Assembly: GCA_965279515.1 (NCBI GenBank) | Contig: CBDIID010000003.1 | Span: 2,592,001 to 2,656,000 of the forward strand | Direction: 5' to 3' | DNA length: 64,000 nt | Origin: Turneriella sp. | Lineage (GTDB): Bacteria > Spirochaetota > Leptospiria > Turneriellales > Turneriellaceae | In this document: positions 38,188 through 48,476 of the stretch, piece after piece | How positions within the stretch are numbered: position 1 is the stretch's first letter | How the letters are laid out: every line of letters begins with the position of its first letter | Notes under the pieces: generated by a model | What the model was told of the DNA's origin: nothing | The model's input: only the letters and a program-made list of their open reading frames with translations | Database searches by the model: none | Position numbers and translations under genes: made by a program

Positions 38188-38997
38188 ATGCCACAACCCT
38201 TTCTCGCGCGCATCCGCATCTACCCGATCAAGTCATTCGATCCGGTTGAGCTGCAGACAGCCGAGATCGGCGTGCGCTCGCTGCGTCATGACCGCGAGTT
38301 TGCACTCTTAACCCCCGAGGGCCGTTTTATGAACGGCAAAAAGACGGGGCGCGTGAATGAGCTCAAAGCCGAGTACGATTTAACAAACTACTCAGTGACA
38401 TTATCACCCCGCGCGGGCGGCGAGGCTGTGGCATTCCACCTGCTCGAAGAGAAAGACAAGCTGGAGAATTATCTCAGCACATTCTTTAATGAACCCGTCA
38501 GCTTACTGCACAATACCCAGGGCCGTCTGCTCGATGTGCCGGATGCCAGCAGTGTGACCATCATCAGCGAAGCCTCGTATCAAACTCTTACGTCAGAGCT
38601 CGTCGATTTTCCGCTGCCGGACATCCGCCTGCGTTTTCGCGCCAACCTTGAAATCGGCGGCACCGAACCCTTTTGGGAAGAAACACTCATCGGGCCGCCG
38701 GGCGTGGGTATGCGCTTTAAGATCGGTGATGTCGAAATGGTGGGAGTCACCCCGCGGGCGCGTTGCAATGTGCCGCCGCGCGACCCGCTCACCGGTGTGC
38801 CCAACAAAACCTTTGTGCGCAGGGTGATGAAAGCCCGGGAAGCGACGCTGCCGAAAGACAGCGTATTACCCGCGCATGGTGGCTTTTACCACCTCACGGT
38901 GGATACGTACCTGCCCGACACGGAAACCGGTAAGATACTCCGTGTCGGCGATAAAGTGGAAATCGGCGCACCCGTGATTCTGGGTAAACCCGGATAA
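38188..38997 (+). CDS. MOSC domain protein
   Basis: IYPIKS, DREFAL, RFRANL, RC. Confidence 0.9.
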   Translation: MPQPFLARIRIYPIKSFDPVELQTAEIGVRSLRHDREFALLTPEGRFMNGKKTGRVNELKAEYDLTNYSVTLSPRAGGEAVAFHLLEEKDKLENYLSTFFNEPVSLLHNTQGRLLDVPDASSVTIISEASYQTLTSELVDFPLPDIRLRFRANLEIGGTEPFWEETLIGPPGVGMRFKIGDVEMVGVTPRARCNVPPRDPLTGVPNKTFVRRVMKAREATLPKDSVLPAHGGFYHLTVDTYLPDTETGKILRVGDKVEIGAPVILGKPG

Positions 38998-39039
38998 ACC
39001 GAACCCCGGGTTAGATCGCGGCGAGGCGTGTCAGTATCG

Positions 39040-39423
39040 TCAGTTTCTCAACTGATGTGCGATCGCCCAGGCACCGCCGACCATCCCGAGATCTTTGAGC
39101 GTTGCCAGCATCGGCATCATGCGGCTCATCTCATCCTTGGCATTGATGACTCCGGGCAGATGGATGCTCAGAACATAGATGAGAATCAGCACACCTGTCA
39201 GAAATGCCGCGAGCGAACCCAGACCCTTGAGGTTTGTGATGATGCCGATCGCGCCCAGCAGCATCGCCACACCTGTGAAATAGACCCAGAACACACCGCC
39301 GGGAACAGGCACCATTCCCGCCATCATATTTGCTTTTGTGAGGTGATTAATGCCAAACATAATCAACGGAATACAAAAAATGTATCGTCCGCTTTTGGCA
39401 AAACCAGATATTATTGAACTCAT
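39040..39423 (-). CDS. DoxX-like membrane protein
   Basis: FGINH, FWVYFTG, IHLP, KDLG..GGA. Confidence 0.85.
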   Translation of the reverse strand: MSSIISGFAKSGRYIFCIPLIMFGINHLTKANMMAGMVPVPGGVFWVYFTGVAMLLGAIGIITNLKGLGSLAAFLTGVLILIYVLSIHLPGVINAKDEMSRMMPMLATLKDLGMVGGAWAIAHQLRN

Positions 39424-39444
39424 TTTGATCTCCTTTGAATTTTC

Positions 39445-39912
39445 TTATTCATCTTTTAATGAATACTTGATGTTTGTTCCCAGCTTGCGCAGCAGCAGGT
39501 TCAGTTGATCTTGCTCTGTGACCACAAGACACCCAAACGCATTGCGGATATCTGAGGCAAAGCCTGGGAAAATTCTCCCGATGAGCTTTTTGCCCCTCGC
39601 CGTCAGGTGAATGCGGTGTGAACGGCGATCGTCTGGCTCGGGCCGCCTCTCAATCAACCCGGACTTTTGCATGACATCAAGAACACGTGTGATGTTACCG
39701 GCGGTTTTTAATAGCTTGGATGCCAAGGTGTGCTGTTGCAAGGGGCCCAAATGGTAGAGGGTTTCGAGAATACCGAACTGGGGCGGCGTCAGTTTGAAAC
39801 TTTGGAAATTCTGGCGCAGGCGATTTTCCAGCGAATCGTGGGTACGCATGAGTTTTATGAATAAATCAAGCGCTCTTTTCTCTTCGGGGCTGCCGCGGTG
39901 TCTTGTGGACAT
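39445..39912 (-). CDS. MarR family regulator
   Basis: LTPPQFGILETLYHLGPL, DDRRS..I.LT..G. Confidence 0.92.
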   Translation of the reverse strand: MSTRHRGSPEEKRALDLFIKLMRTHDSLENRLRQNFQSFKLTPPQFGILETLYHLGPLQQHTLASKLLKTAGNITRVLDVMQKSGLIERRPEPDDRRSHRIHLTARGKKLIGRIFPGFASDIRNAFGCLVVTEQDQLNLLLRKLGTNIKYSLKDE

Positions 39913-40009
39913 TTAGTTGAACCATCAACAATTTAATACTCAACTATATGATCGGCCAATAAATCTGGCCGGGGATGTCGCACGTTTCACGTTTACGGTT
40001 GCCTATCGG

Positions 40010-40780
40010 TTAGAATCTTAGCAGGGGCTTTGCCATCATGGCCTGCATAAAAACAAAAATTAAACCCGCCGCGTAGAAAACTCCAGCCGCGGTAACCAAG
40101 CGCACTTGCTGCGAACGTGCGATCAACCAGCCGAAGAACGGCAGAATCTGCAGCGCATGCAGCCCGAGAAAGTGCGCAATTCTTAAATCACCTGCAACAC
40201 TGCTGAAATTGACGAGCGGCAAACCCGGCCCGCCGTCAGAGAGACCGATGGTGTGGCGATTCATGCCCGACATGACGCCGCCGACGACACTACCGAAGAC
40301 AAATAGCACGGCCCCCCAGCGAATACCCGCAAGATAAGGACCTGAGATTTTTTGCTCGCCTTTAAAGAAATGGCGGAACATGCGAATAAACACCACCGTA
40401 TTGACGATGATCATCACACCCATCGCATTATAGACTAAGATGTTAAATATGCCTTCGCGGTTAAAATGCGAGATCACACCCCGCGCTGATTGCAGGGAGA
40501 TCAGAGCGACTTCTCCGAAAATCATCGCGCTGATGATCCATGCGGCGCGCCTGCCTTTTACCTCACCATACGATTCGGGCAGATATTTTGCGAGAATCGC
40601 CAACGTCGCAAGATAAATGACTCCGGTAACGGCAAATTTCAGCGGCTTTATCCAGCCGTTGATTCCGAGAATTTGCCGCGAATCGGTGAAAAGAAAAACC
40701 GCGAGTATAATCGCGCTAACCGCGTGCAGGACAGTACCCCAGACAAAGACGCGGGTCATGCCAGTACGGTCGGCGTTCAT
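40010..40780 (-). CDS. Conserved membrane protein
   Basis: WIKPLKF, Q.ARG..SHFN, GDLRIAHF.GLHALQ. Confidence 0.8.
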   Translation of the reverse strand: MNADRTGMTRVFVWGTVLHAVSAIILAVFLFTDSRQILGINGWIKPLKFAVTGVIYLATLAILAKYLPESYGEVKGRRAAWIISAMIFGEVALISLQSARGVISHFNREGIFNILVYNAMGVMIIVNTVVFIRMFRHFFKGEQKISGPYLAGIRWGAVLFVFGSVVGGVMSGMNRHTIGLSDGGPGLPLVNFSSVAGDLRIAHFLGLHALQILPFFGWLIARSQQVRLVTAAGVFYAAGLIFVFMQAMMAKPLLRF

Positions 40781-41214
40781 AATTCGCCGCCGAATAATCC
40801 CGCACGATTGCGCGACAATCGAATCAGAAAATAGAGCAGAAGACCCATCGGCCCAAACATGAATGTCAGAAACCAGCACGGCAGCATGGCCCAAAAAGGA
40901 ATGCCGTGTTTCTTCGCATCCTGGAACTCCCACATGCCGACGAACATGTCGAATGCCAGGTAATGAATCCAACCGGCGGTCACCGCCCAAGGGCTGGTAA
41001 AGAGTTTCATCACCCCTGCGAGGTTCGAAAAGTCGCCGCCCGACCCGCCGAAGCTGGTCACGACGATGACGCTGTAGGCCACCGCAAAGAGCAGGGGAAT
41101 GACCGCATATTTCACAGCCCGGCGCACGGGCGGAGCAAACCACGATACAAGGAGGATCAACCAGCCGACTACGGCCAACTGGTTCGCGATAAGAAAAACT
41201 GTTTCTGGCTTCAT
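40777..41214 (-). CDS. ABA4-like (DUF4281) membrane protein
   Basis: AGWIHYLAFD.FVG.W, LTFMFGP.G. Confidence 0.88.
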   Translation of the reverse strand: MKPETVFLIANQLAVVGWLILLVSWFAPPVRRAVKYAVIPLLFAVAYSVIVVTSFGGSGGDFSNLAGVMKLFTSPWAVTAGWIHYLAFDMFVGMWEFQDAKKHGIPFWAMLPCWFLTFMFGPMGLLLYFLIRLSRNRAGLFGGEL

Positions 41215-41256
41215 AATGTTGACAACGTAAACATATAAGTTTACATCGTCAACATT
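41215..41256. promoter_or_regulatory. Double TetR operator in a 42 bp imperfect inverted repeat
   Basis: AATGTTGACAACGTAAACATATAAGTTTACATCGTCAACATT between divergent genes. Confidence 0.7.
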
Positions 41257-41258
41257 TT

Positions 41259-41287
41259 TTGACAATCTCAGGCCCCGCGTGTAACTT
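41259..41287 (+). promoter_or_regulatory. Putative sigma70 promoter giving leaderless tetR mRNA
   Basis: TTGACA-N17-TAACTT, 7 nt before ATG 41295, no SD. Confidence 0.65.
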
Positions 41288-41294
41288 ACCCCAA

Positions 41295-41894
41295 ATGACG
41301 AATTACCACCACGGCGACCTGAGAGCCGAGCTGATAAAGCAGGCGCTGAAAATTCTCGATAAAAAAGGCGTGGGGGGATTAACCCTGCGCGAGGTGGCAC
41401 GCGCCGCCAAGGTCAGCCACACGGCCCCCTACCGGCACTTTAAGGATAAGGAAGATATTCTGGCGGCGATTGCCGAGGTGGGCTTCAGCAATCTCGCCGA
41501 GCGCGGCAACAAGGCTCTTACAGTCGCCGACCCGGTGCAGGGTTATCTCGAATACGGTCGCGAGTACATCTCGTTTGCGGCGGAACACCCCCAGCACTTT
41601 CGCATCATGTTCTCGGGCAAGCTGACGCGTTACGATTCTTATACCGACCTTAAAACCGCAGGGGAGACAGCCTTTGGCGCTCTCGTCGAAAGTATACGCC
41701 GCTGCCAGGCAGCGCAGGCCTTTCGCGAAGACCCGCCCGAGCAGATGGCGCTCTCGGCCTGGTCGTTTGTGCATGGCATTGCGAACCTCTACATCGATGG
41801 CCGCTTCGCGCGGCCCGGATCTCCGTATCCGACCGTAGCCGAGATCTGGACCCTGCTGGGAAAAGACCTACTGCGCGGGCTCGAACATCGCTGA
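41295..41894 (+). CDS. TetR family regulator (WHG-type C-terminus)
   Basis: YHHGDLR, LREVAR.A.VSH.APYRHF, WSFVHG. Confidence 0.93.
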   Translation: MTNYHHGDLRAELIKQALKILDKKGVGGLTLREVARAAKVSHTAPYRHFKDKEDILAAIAEVGFSNLAERGNKALTVADPVQGYLEYGREYISFAAEHPQHFRIMFSGKLTRYDSYTDLKTAGETAFGALVESIRRCQAAQAFREDPPEQMALSAWSFVHGIANLYIDGRFARPGSPYPTVAEIWTLLGKDLLRGLEHR

Positions 41895-41940
41895 AAATGC
41901 GCTTTACGCCAATGGGGACTGCGTGCGATGCTTGCTTCAT

Positions 41941-44088
41941 ATGCTCAAGAAGGTCGGAATTGTCATTCTCGCGCTCGCGGTTATCGCAGGCGTTTGGCGC
42001 TTCATCCGCAAACCTCTGACCTTTCCCGCGATTGCGGGCCCCGACAGTGCTACGCTTGCTCATCTGAGCAATGTTCGCATTCTCAGGGACAAGTGGGGTG
42101 TTCCGCATATTTTCGGCAAGAGCGACGCGGACACCGCGTTCGGCCTCGCCTACGCCCACGCGCAGGATGACTGGCCGCTGATCCAGGGCAGCCTCGCGGC
42201 CGCGCGGGGAAAACTCGGCCTGGTGCTTCTCAGCAAGCAGGCGCTCGTGAACGACTACTTTGCCAATCTCCTGAAAATCCGCGATCAGCTCGACCGCGAC
42301 TACGATAAACTGAGCCCCGAGTTTCGCGCGGTACTCGAAGCCTATGCCCGGGGCGCGAATTATTACGCCTATAAACATCCCAGCGAAGTCGACTCTCGCC
42401 TGCTGCCGGTCAGGGGCCGCGACATCGCCGGCGGCTTTGCCCACAAGGTTCCGCTTATGGTGGGATTTCCCAATTACCTGCGCGCCGTGATGGAAAACAA
42501 ACTGAATGTCGGCGACGCGATACCGGGCACGGCGCGCCATGAACCCGATAACAAGGCCATCGTCTTTCCGGGTTCGAACGAACACGCGGTTTCGGCGGCG
42601 AAATCTGCCGACGGCATCGTTCGCCTCAATATCAATTCGCACCAACCGTGGGAAGGCCCCGTCACCTGGTACGAGGCGCAGATTGTTTCCGAAGAAGGCT
42701 GGAACATGACGGGAGGAACTTTCCCGGGCGCTCCGATGATCCTCCACGGCCACAACGAACACTTAGGCTGGGCGCTGACGGTGAATTCACCCGATCTCGT
42801 CGACGTCTATAAACTCGAGATGAATCCCGCCAACGAAAACGAGTATCGTTTTGACGGTAAATGGAAGGCGCTCGAAATCACCGAAGCAGGTCTGGAAATC
42901 GACACCGGTCTTTTTAATGTGACCCTGCACAGGCCTGTCTTCTGGTCGGTTCACGGGCCGGTGATGAAAGCCGATAACGGGTTCTTCGCGTTCCGGTACG
43001 CAGGCATGGATCGGGGCATATTTTCGGCGGAGCAATGGTTTCACATGAACAAAGCGAAAAACCTTGCCGCATGGAAATCCGCGATGCGTAAGCATGCGAT
43101 TCCCATGTTCAATGCCATGTACGCCGATGCGCGCAACATCCACTATGTTTATAATGCGCTGTTGCCGATACGCAAAGGGAACCACGATTATAAGAAAGTA
43201 CTTCCGGGCTCAACATCAGAAACGGTGTGGAGCGCATATCTTCCCTACGATAAATTGCCGCAGAGCGAGAACCCGCCGTCGGGGTTTCTACAGAACTGCA
43301 ACGCCACGCCTTTCACAGCGACGGTTGGCTCGGGCAACCCGAACCCGGCCGACTTTCCGAAAAATATGGGAATCGATCGCCAGCAAAACAACCGCTCTAT
43401 TCGCTCGCTCGAGCTTTTCGGCCAGCCGGGAAAAATCTCACGCGAAGATTTTCTCCGCTACAAATTCGATCAGCGCTATGCAAAATCTTCACCGATGTTT
43501 ATCCACGGCGTCGGGCCGTTGGTGATTCGATACAAGCCCCGTAGCGCCGACGAAGAGCGCGGTATCGCCCTGCTAAAAAACTGGGATGGCAATACCGATG
43601 AAAAATCGCAGGCCGCAGCGCTGGCGATTCTCACCTGGCAGCCCGTCGCGAATATTTTAGAAGGCGTGGACGTCGAACCCACGGGCGACATCTTTGTGTC
43701 TTATGCGAAAGCGGTCAAATTCCTGATGGAGAATTACGGTAAGCTGGACGTCCCCCTGGGCGAAGTGCAGCGCCTGCGCCGCGGCAAGGTCGACCTGCCG
43801 GTGGGTGGTGGTCCTGATATTCTGAATGCGGTACACTCGAAGATCAAGGGCAAGAACCTCGTCGGCTTTCAGGGCGATTCGTATATTCTAATCGTCGAGT
43901 TTCCACCCGGCGGAGCGACTTCAACCTCGGTACACCAGTACGGCAATGTAAACCGGCCGGACTCACCCCACTATGCCGACCAGGCGCAACAATTTGTACG
44001 GCACGAACTGAAAAAAGTTTTGCGCACGCGCGATGAAGTCAAGGCCCATCTGGAAAGCGAGTACGTTCCGGGTGAAGAAATGAAATAG
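41941..44088 (+). CDS. Penicillin acylase family (Ntn hydrolase)
   Basis: RDKWGVPHI, YAHAQD, GSN nucleophile, PHYADQ. Confidence 0.92.
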   Translation: MLKKVGIVILALAVIAGVWRFIRKPLTFPAIAGPDSATLAHLSNVRILRDKWGVPHIFGKSDADTAFGLAYAHAQDDWPLIQGSLAAARGKLGLVLLSKQALVNDYFANLLKIRDQLDRDYDKLSPEFRAVLEAYARGANYYAYKHPSEVDSRLLPVRGRDIAGGFAHKVPLMVGFPNYLRAVMENKLNVGDAIPGTARHEPDNKAIVFPGSNEHAVSAAKSADGIVRLNINSHQPWEGPVTWYEAQIVSEEGWNMTGGTFPGAPMILHGHNEHLGWALTVNSPDLVDVYKLEMNPANENEYRFDGKWKALEITEAGLEIDTGLFNVTLHRPVFWSVHGPVMKADNGFFAFRYAGMDRGIFSAEQWFHMNKAKNLAAWKSAMRKHAIPMFNAMYADARNIHYVYNALLPIRKGNHDYKKVLPGSTSETVWSAYLPYDKLPQSENPPSGFLQNCNATPFTATVGSGNPNPADFPKNMGIDRQQNNRSIRSLELFGQPGKISREDFLRYKFDQRYAKSSPMFIHGVGPLVIRYKPRSADEERGIALLKNWDGNTDEKSQAAALAILTWQPVANILEGVDVEPTGDIFVSYAKAVKFLMENYGKLDVPLGEVQRLRRGKVDLPVGGGPDILNAVHSKIKGKNLVGFQGDSYILIVEFPPGGATSTSVHQYGNVNRPDSPHYADQAQQFVRHELKKVLRTRDEVKAHLESEYVPGEEMK

Positions 44089-44104
44089 CGGGACAACACA
44101 GAGC

Positions 44105-44716
44105 ATGAATTCCGGATCCAGCGCGAACGATGCAATCAGGGCCCAAGGTGTCCTTTTTTTCATCGTCGCCGTTATCGTCATGGGGATTGCTCTATTGTTG
44201 CTACTCTCATATCTCGATTTCTTAATCATTTCGGCGATTTTCGCCTTTGGACTATTTGTCCTTAGTTGTGGCATACAAAGTTTTATCCGTGCGCCTTTGC
44301 TCCAAGAGCAGGGGCAAATTTTCGGCTGGCGCAGACTACCCTTCATGCTGGGATTAATCCCTCTGGCTTATGCGGTTATTATCGCATTTGTGTATGCACC
44401 AAACAAAATACGCATATTCATCGTGTTCTTTCTTCTGTTCGTAGCCTTAATCATTTCATACGTACGCGATATTTTTCGACCCAAGAATAAGACAATATCC
44501 CAAAAGATTGATAAATTTTACGGCAAAGCTACCGAGGCACATACGGCACTCGGCGTCGAAGAACTGCCTGGCTTTAAATCGGTTGCGACACGCAGCATTT
44601 CCCTTGCCGAAAGGTGGCGTCTCATAAGCGGCTTATTCAAGTACGCTCCCTGGCAGATCATTGCGGCGATTGTCTTGGCGGCCGGGTTGATGGTCGTCGT
44701 AGAGTTTTTCATGTAA
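44105..44716 (+). CDS. Hypothetical membrane protein
   Basis: About 5 hydrophobic segments. Confidence 0.6.
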   Translation: MNSGSSANDAIRAQGVLFFIVAVIVMGIALLLLLSYLDFLIISAIFAFGLFVLSCGIQSFIRAPLLQEQGQIFGWRRLPFMLGLIPLAYAVIIAFVYAPNKIRIFIVFFLLFVALIISYVRDIFRPKNKTISQKIDKFYGKATEAHTALGVEELPGFKSVATRSISLAERWRLISGLFKYAPWQIIAAIVLAAGLMVVVEFFM

Positions 44717-47428
44717 TTAGCCAAAATGCAATGCGCAGACGACACGGATTTTTTCGCGCGTTTCTGAAAATTCACGCAGCCATGTCTCAAGACATTTATC
44801 CTGAAAGACAGCCAGCTCTGTTGCATCGAAACCTTCGCTAAAAATGTCTTGGGCACGTTGGTGTCGAAGTATTTCCAGAGGTCTTGTCACCTCATGCGGT
44901 GCGGTAAAAAAATTCCCGCGCGCGTCGAAGAGCGCCGGAAAAACCGCACTGCGCAGGCCGATCAACAAAAACAGCGCGGGTCCTGAGGCTTCTCCATGGA
45001 CTCGGCTGCGAAACCCGGACCGCAATTTTTTGAGCAGCAACTGCCGCTCTTCGGTAATTTGCGCCAGGTCATCCAGTACGCCACTGGTTTCGACACGCGT
45101 TGCCCGACCGATGAAATCCATCGCTTCGCCCAATTCAAGATCGGCTGCATTAAATTGCTGCAAAGCATCGCTGAGCGATGCGAGGTTAACAGCTTCGTTT
45201 ACATTCGGCAGGATAACCGGCAGCTGGGCGAAGGATTGGTGTTCTCGGTTGCGTTGTTCCAGGCGCGTGCGCCATGCTTCGCCGTGCCTGAGCTCAGAAT
45301 CAGACATCGTATCGGGTAAAAAGTTGTAAATAACCAGCTCCCGTGGCTCATGCCATGGGCGCATTAAACGCCCCATGCGTTGCGCAAGCTGTAAAATCGA
45401 CCACGGCAAATCGTAGTTCACAAGAATGCGTGCGTCTTGCAGGTTAAAACCCTCAGAAATGGCCTCCGAGGCGACAAGGATATCAATCTGATTTTCCCGA
45501 ACACGGAGCGAAAATTCATTTTCCTCTGCTCCGGGCGTAATCTTTCCGTTGGCGATCGGCGCAAAATAATCCAGCAGGTTTTCCAACACCTCAGGCTGAG
45601 CTTCGACTGTCGATTCGATTTTTTTTGTCGGGAAACTCTTTCGCAGCTTTGTGACCAACTCTTTGGCGGTTTCCCGATAGATGCAGAATATAACCAGCTT
45701 TTCATCGCGGTGTTCGGTAACAATTTCTATTAATCGGGAAAACTTGTTATCATCGGTTACTTTCATCTTTTTAATCAGGCGCTCTGCCAGGACGGTCAGC
45801 CGATCCTGGGATTCGAAGCGCATACGTTCGTACCCGCCTTCTTTGCTTAAACTTTTCAGGGTTTGCTCCACCCTGGCAGGCGAAGAACAGAATTGATGCA
45901 GAAGCCGGGCCTCGAAAAGGTAATCGATTTTTCCCCCTATAGGTCTGTCCTCAAAAAGGCCCGCCTCGTAATCCGGGTTAATGCGGCGGCGCAACAGATC
46001 GCTGCGTTTAAGCTCTTTCAAGAAATCATTAAAAGGATTCTGGAATTGGATCGTTTTCAGGTGAATCCGTTCTGGAAAATACAATATCCTCTCATTGCCA
46101 AACTCAACATAGCGCCTGCCAAATGCATCGCCCCGGCTAAAATGCCGTACTACTGTGGGCGCGGTGAGCACGGTGCAGGGCGGTAATTCAGAGAGTTCTC
46201 CGGGTTGCACGACCTGCCATGATTTTTCGGTTTCGAAAAATTCACCTCTCACAAGGCGCTGCGGCAAAAGGCGTAGTTGGTTATTAATGTCGTCGACACC
46301 CCGGCTATAAGGCGTAGCCGTGAGCATGAGAAGTTTTGCCCCGGCTTCGATGGCTTTTTGAATTCGCTGATGCCTGAGGCTCAACTCACGTGCGCTATCT
46401 TCGTCATTGCGCATATGATGGCTCTCGTCCAGAATAATGAGCGTATCTTTGAGGTCGCCCCTGAGTTCGTTCTCAAGCAGCATGACATCGCGGTAAGTTT
46501 TCCAATCGTCGGCGGAAAGGATGTAGTAGGAAAATTCATGACTCGAAACACGCGCGGCACGCATTTCCCTCGACCACATATCCTTGAGTCCTGCGGGAGC
46601 AAACACGATTACGGCATGTACAACATCCCGCGAGCGAAGAATGGCCACCGTATGCGCGGCGATCACCGTTTTGCCAAGCCCGGTCGAAGCTACGAGAAAG
46701 GCGCCGCCGAAATCAATGAGACTGCGGACGAGACGCGCAATGACCGGCTTTTGATACTGAGCGGGTGGCGGCAGCTTGCCTGAAAACGTGTTATCCGGCA
46801 TCCCGTATATTTCGATGAGCGAACGCAGATAAACCTCTTCTGGCGTGCGTAGTTCAATCAATTCTTCGAGCGCTTCGATGAAGACATCAGTCAATGACTC
46901 GGCGGCGGCAAAAAATTTATCGAAACTATCTGCAAAATAGGCAACCTGCCCGGCTTCCGTTACCAGCGTACCCGCTTCGCGCGCCAACATTAAACCGTTT
47001 TTCGTAAAATTCGCAGAAGTGACGATGCATGATTCCCGATCTGCAATATAGAGTTTTGCGTGGTGGTAAAGATAGCGGGCATCGATGGTCGTGTCTCTCC
47101 GACCTGTGGAAATCCGCACGGATAGTTTGCCCGCCCTCAGGGCAGACAGGATCTGCTTGAGCAATGCGGGGCTTTCTTTGAACGCACCTTCTTGAATTTC
47201 GGCAAAAAACTCCTGCAACAGCTCAGTCACCTTGTCGGCGGCACCTTCTTCGCGCCCTACGAGTATCCTCACCTCTTTTCCGGATAGAGTATCAGCGAGA
47301 ATGCCCCAGCCAGTGGCTTCAAAAAACGCTGTGGCGATGCGCACCGTTTTCGCGTCGCTGAGGCAATGTTGTATGGCTTCTTTCGCAAATGCCGGGCCGA
47401 AAAAACGCCTGTGTATCGGGTTTTCCAT
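44717..47428 (-). CDS. PLD-family nuclease domain fused to SF2 (SNF2-like) helicase
   Basis: HAKLYIAD..TSANFT; STGLGKT, DESHH, TATP, SEGFNLQ, NYDLPW, QRMGR. Confidence 0.88.
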   Translation of the reverse strand: MENPIHRRFFGPAFAKEAIQHCLSDAKTVRIATAFFEATGWGILADTLSGKEVRILVGREEGAADKVTELLQEFFAEIQEGAFKESPALLKQILSALRAGKLSVRISTGRRDTTIDARYLYHHAKLYIADRESCIVTSANFTKNGLMLAREAGTLVTEAGQVAYFADSFDKFFAAAESLTDVFIEALEELIELRTPEEVYLRSLIEIYGMPDNTFSGKLPPPAQYQKPVIARLVRSLIDFGGAFLVASTGLGKTVIAAHTVAILRSRDVVHAVIVFAPAGLKDMWSREMRAARVSSHEFSYYILSADDWKTYRDVMLLENELRGDLKDTLIILDESHHMRNDEDSARELSLRHQRIQKAIEAGAKLLMLTATPYSRGVDDINNQLRLLPQRLVRGEFFETEKSWQVVQPGELSELPPCTVLTAPTVVRHFSRGDAFGRRYVEFGNERILYFPERIHLKTIQFQNPFNDFLKELKRSDLLRRRINPDYEAGLFEDRPIGGKIDYLFEARLLHQFCSSPARVEQTLKSLSKEGGYERMRFESQDRLTVLAERLIKKMKVTDDNKFSRLIEIVTEHRDEKLVIFCIYRETAKELVTKLRKSFPTKKIESTVEAQPEVLENLLDYFAPIANGKITPGAEENEFSLRVRENQIDILVASEAISEGFNLQDARILVNYDLPWSILQLAQRMGRLMRPWHEPRELVIYNFLPDTMSDSELRHGEAWRTRLEQRNREHQSFAQLPVILPNVNEAVNLASLSDALQQFNAADLELGEAMDFIGRATRVETSGVLDDLAQITEERQLLLKKLRSGFRSRVHGEASGPALFLLIGLRSAVFPALFDARGNFFTAPHEVTRPLEILRHQRAQDIFSEGFDATELAVFQDKCLETWLREFSETREKIRVVCALHFG

Positions 47429-47634
47429 TGGCGATGACTAACATTTCATAAAAATAAGCAATCGCGCCAAGTATTATCGATTCACGCGATTCATCGGCCA
47501 AATGTTTCACTAAAATCTTCGCCAGCCGAAATTAACCATTCCATTGGGATTAACGCTAAACGGAGTATTGAACCGTTTCCTACGCGAGAACCCCGATGCA
47601 CTTTTTAATTGACAATCTCATCTGATTTCCTCAC

Positions 47635-47666
47635 TTTACCTTTCGGTTAATTAACCATATGGTTCA
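47635..47666. promoter_or_regulatory. Tandem ArsR-type operators overlapping the arsR start; TTGACA at 47609
   Basis: TTTACCTTTCGGTTAA directly followed by TTAACCATATGGTTCA. Confidence 0.65.
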
Positions 47667-48066
47667 TTATGACACGACAAGCGACCACCTGAGCGCCACT
47701 TTTGCCGCGCTGGCCGACCCTACCCGCCGGGCCATGCTCATGCGCCTGGGCGAGGGTTCGGCGACCGTGACGGAGCTCGCCCAGCCCTTTAACATCAGCG
47801 CGCCTGCCATTTCGAAGCACATCAAGGTGCTCGAAAAGGCCGGATTAATAACGAGGGAAAAAGACGCCCAGTGGCGGCGTTGCCGCATCGAGGCCGCCCG
47901 TTTTAAAGAAGCAAATGAATTTATCGAAAAGTACCGTAAATTCTGGGAAGACAGTTTCGACCGTCTGGAAGTATATCTCAGGAAGCTGCAAGCTAATACC
48001 GCTCCCCACCGCCCTGACGGTCGGGAGGGGGGCGAAAATGGAGAGAACAAAGGAGAACAAAAATGA
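47659..48066 (+). CDS. ArsR/SmtB family regulator
   Basis: FAALADPTRR, AISKH.KVLE.AGL. Confidence 0.93.
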   Translation: MVHYDTTSDHLSATFAALADPTRRAMLMRLGEGSATVTELAQPFNISAPAISKHIKVLEKAGLITREKDAQWRRCRIEAARFKEANEFIEKYRKFWEDSFDRLEVYLRKLQANTAPHRPDGREGGENGENKGEQK

Positions 48067-48476
48067 GCACAAAGGTAAACATCGAAGCTACGGTTTCTGC
48101 ACCGGTCGCTAAGGTTTGGGATTTCTGGAATAAACCCGAACATATCACAAAATGGAATTTCGCGATTGATACATGGCATTGCCCCAGCGCGAAGAACGAC
48201 CTGAGAGTCGGCGGCAAGCTGCAATCACGCATGGAAGCAAAAGACGGCAGTTTTGGCTTCGATTTCGAAGCAACATATGACGAAGTCATCGACCAAAAGC
48301 GTATAGTTTACACGATCGCCGACGGTCGCAAGGTTGAAACCGACTTCAGCGATCTCGGCGGCAAAACGAAAATTGTAACCGTATTCGAAGCCGAAAGCCA
48401 AAATCCTGTAGAAATGCAGAAGGGCGGTTGGCAGGCTATTTTGGATAATTTCAAGAAATTCGCGGAGGCAAACTAA
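48063..48476 (+). CDS. SRPBCC/AHSA1 domain protein
   Basis: WHCP.A.NDLRVGG, MEAKDGSFGFDF, GWQAILDNF. Confidence 0.9.
   Translation: MSTKVNIEATVSAPVAKVWDFWNKPEHITKWNFAIDTWHCPSAKNDLRVGGKLQSRMEAKDGSFGFDFEATYDEVIDQKRIVYTIADGRKVETDFSDLGGKTKIVTVFEAESQNPVEMQKGGWQAILDNFKKFAEAN

Noticed and set aside
41650..42762. 370 aa minus-strand ORF (similar shadows at 36084-37046 and 50674-51573)
   Set aside because: Antisense to well-supported genes and without recognisable motifs.
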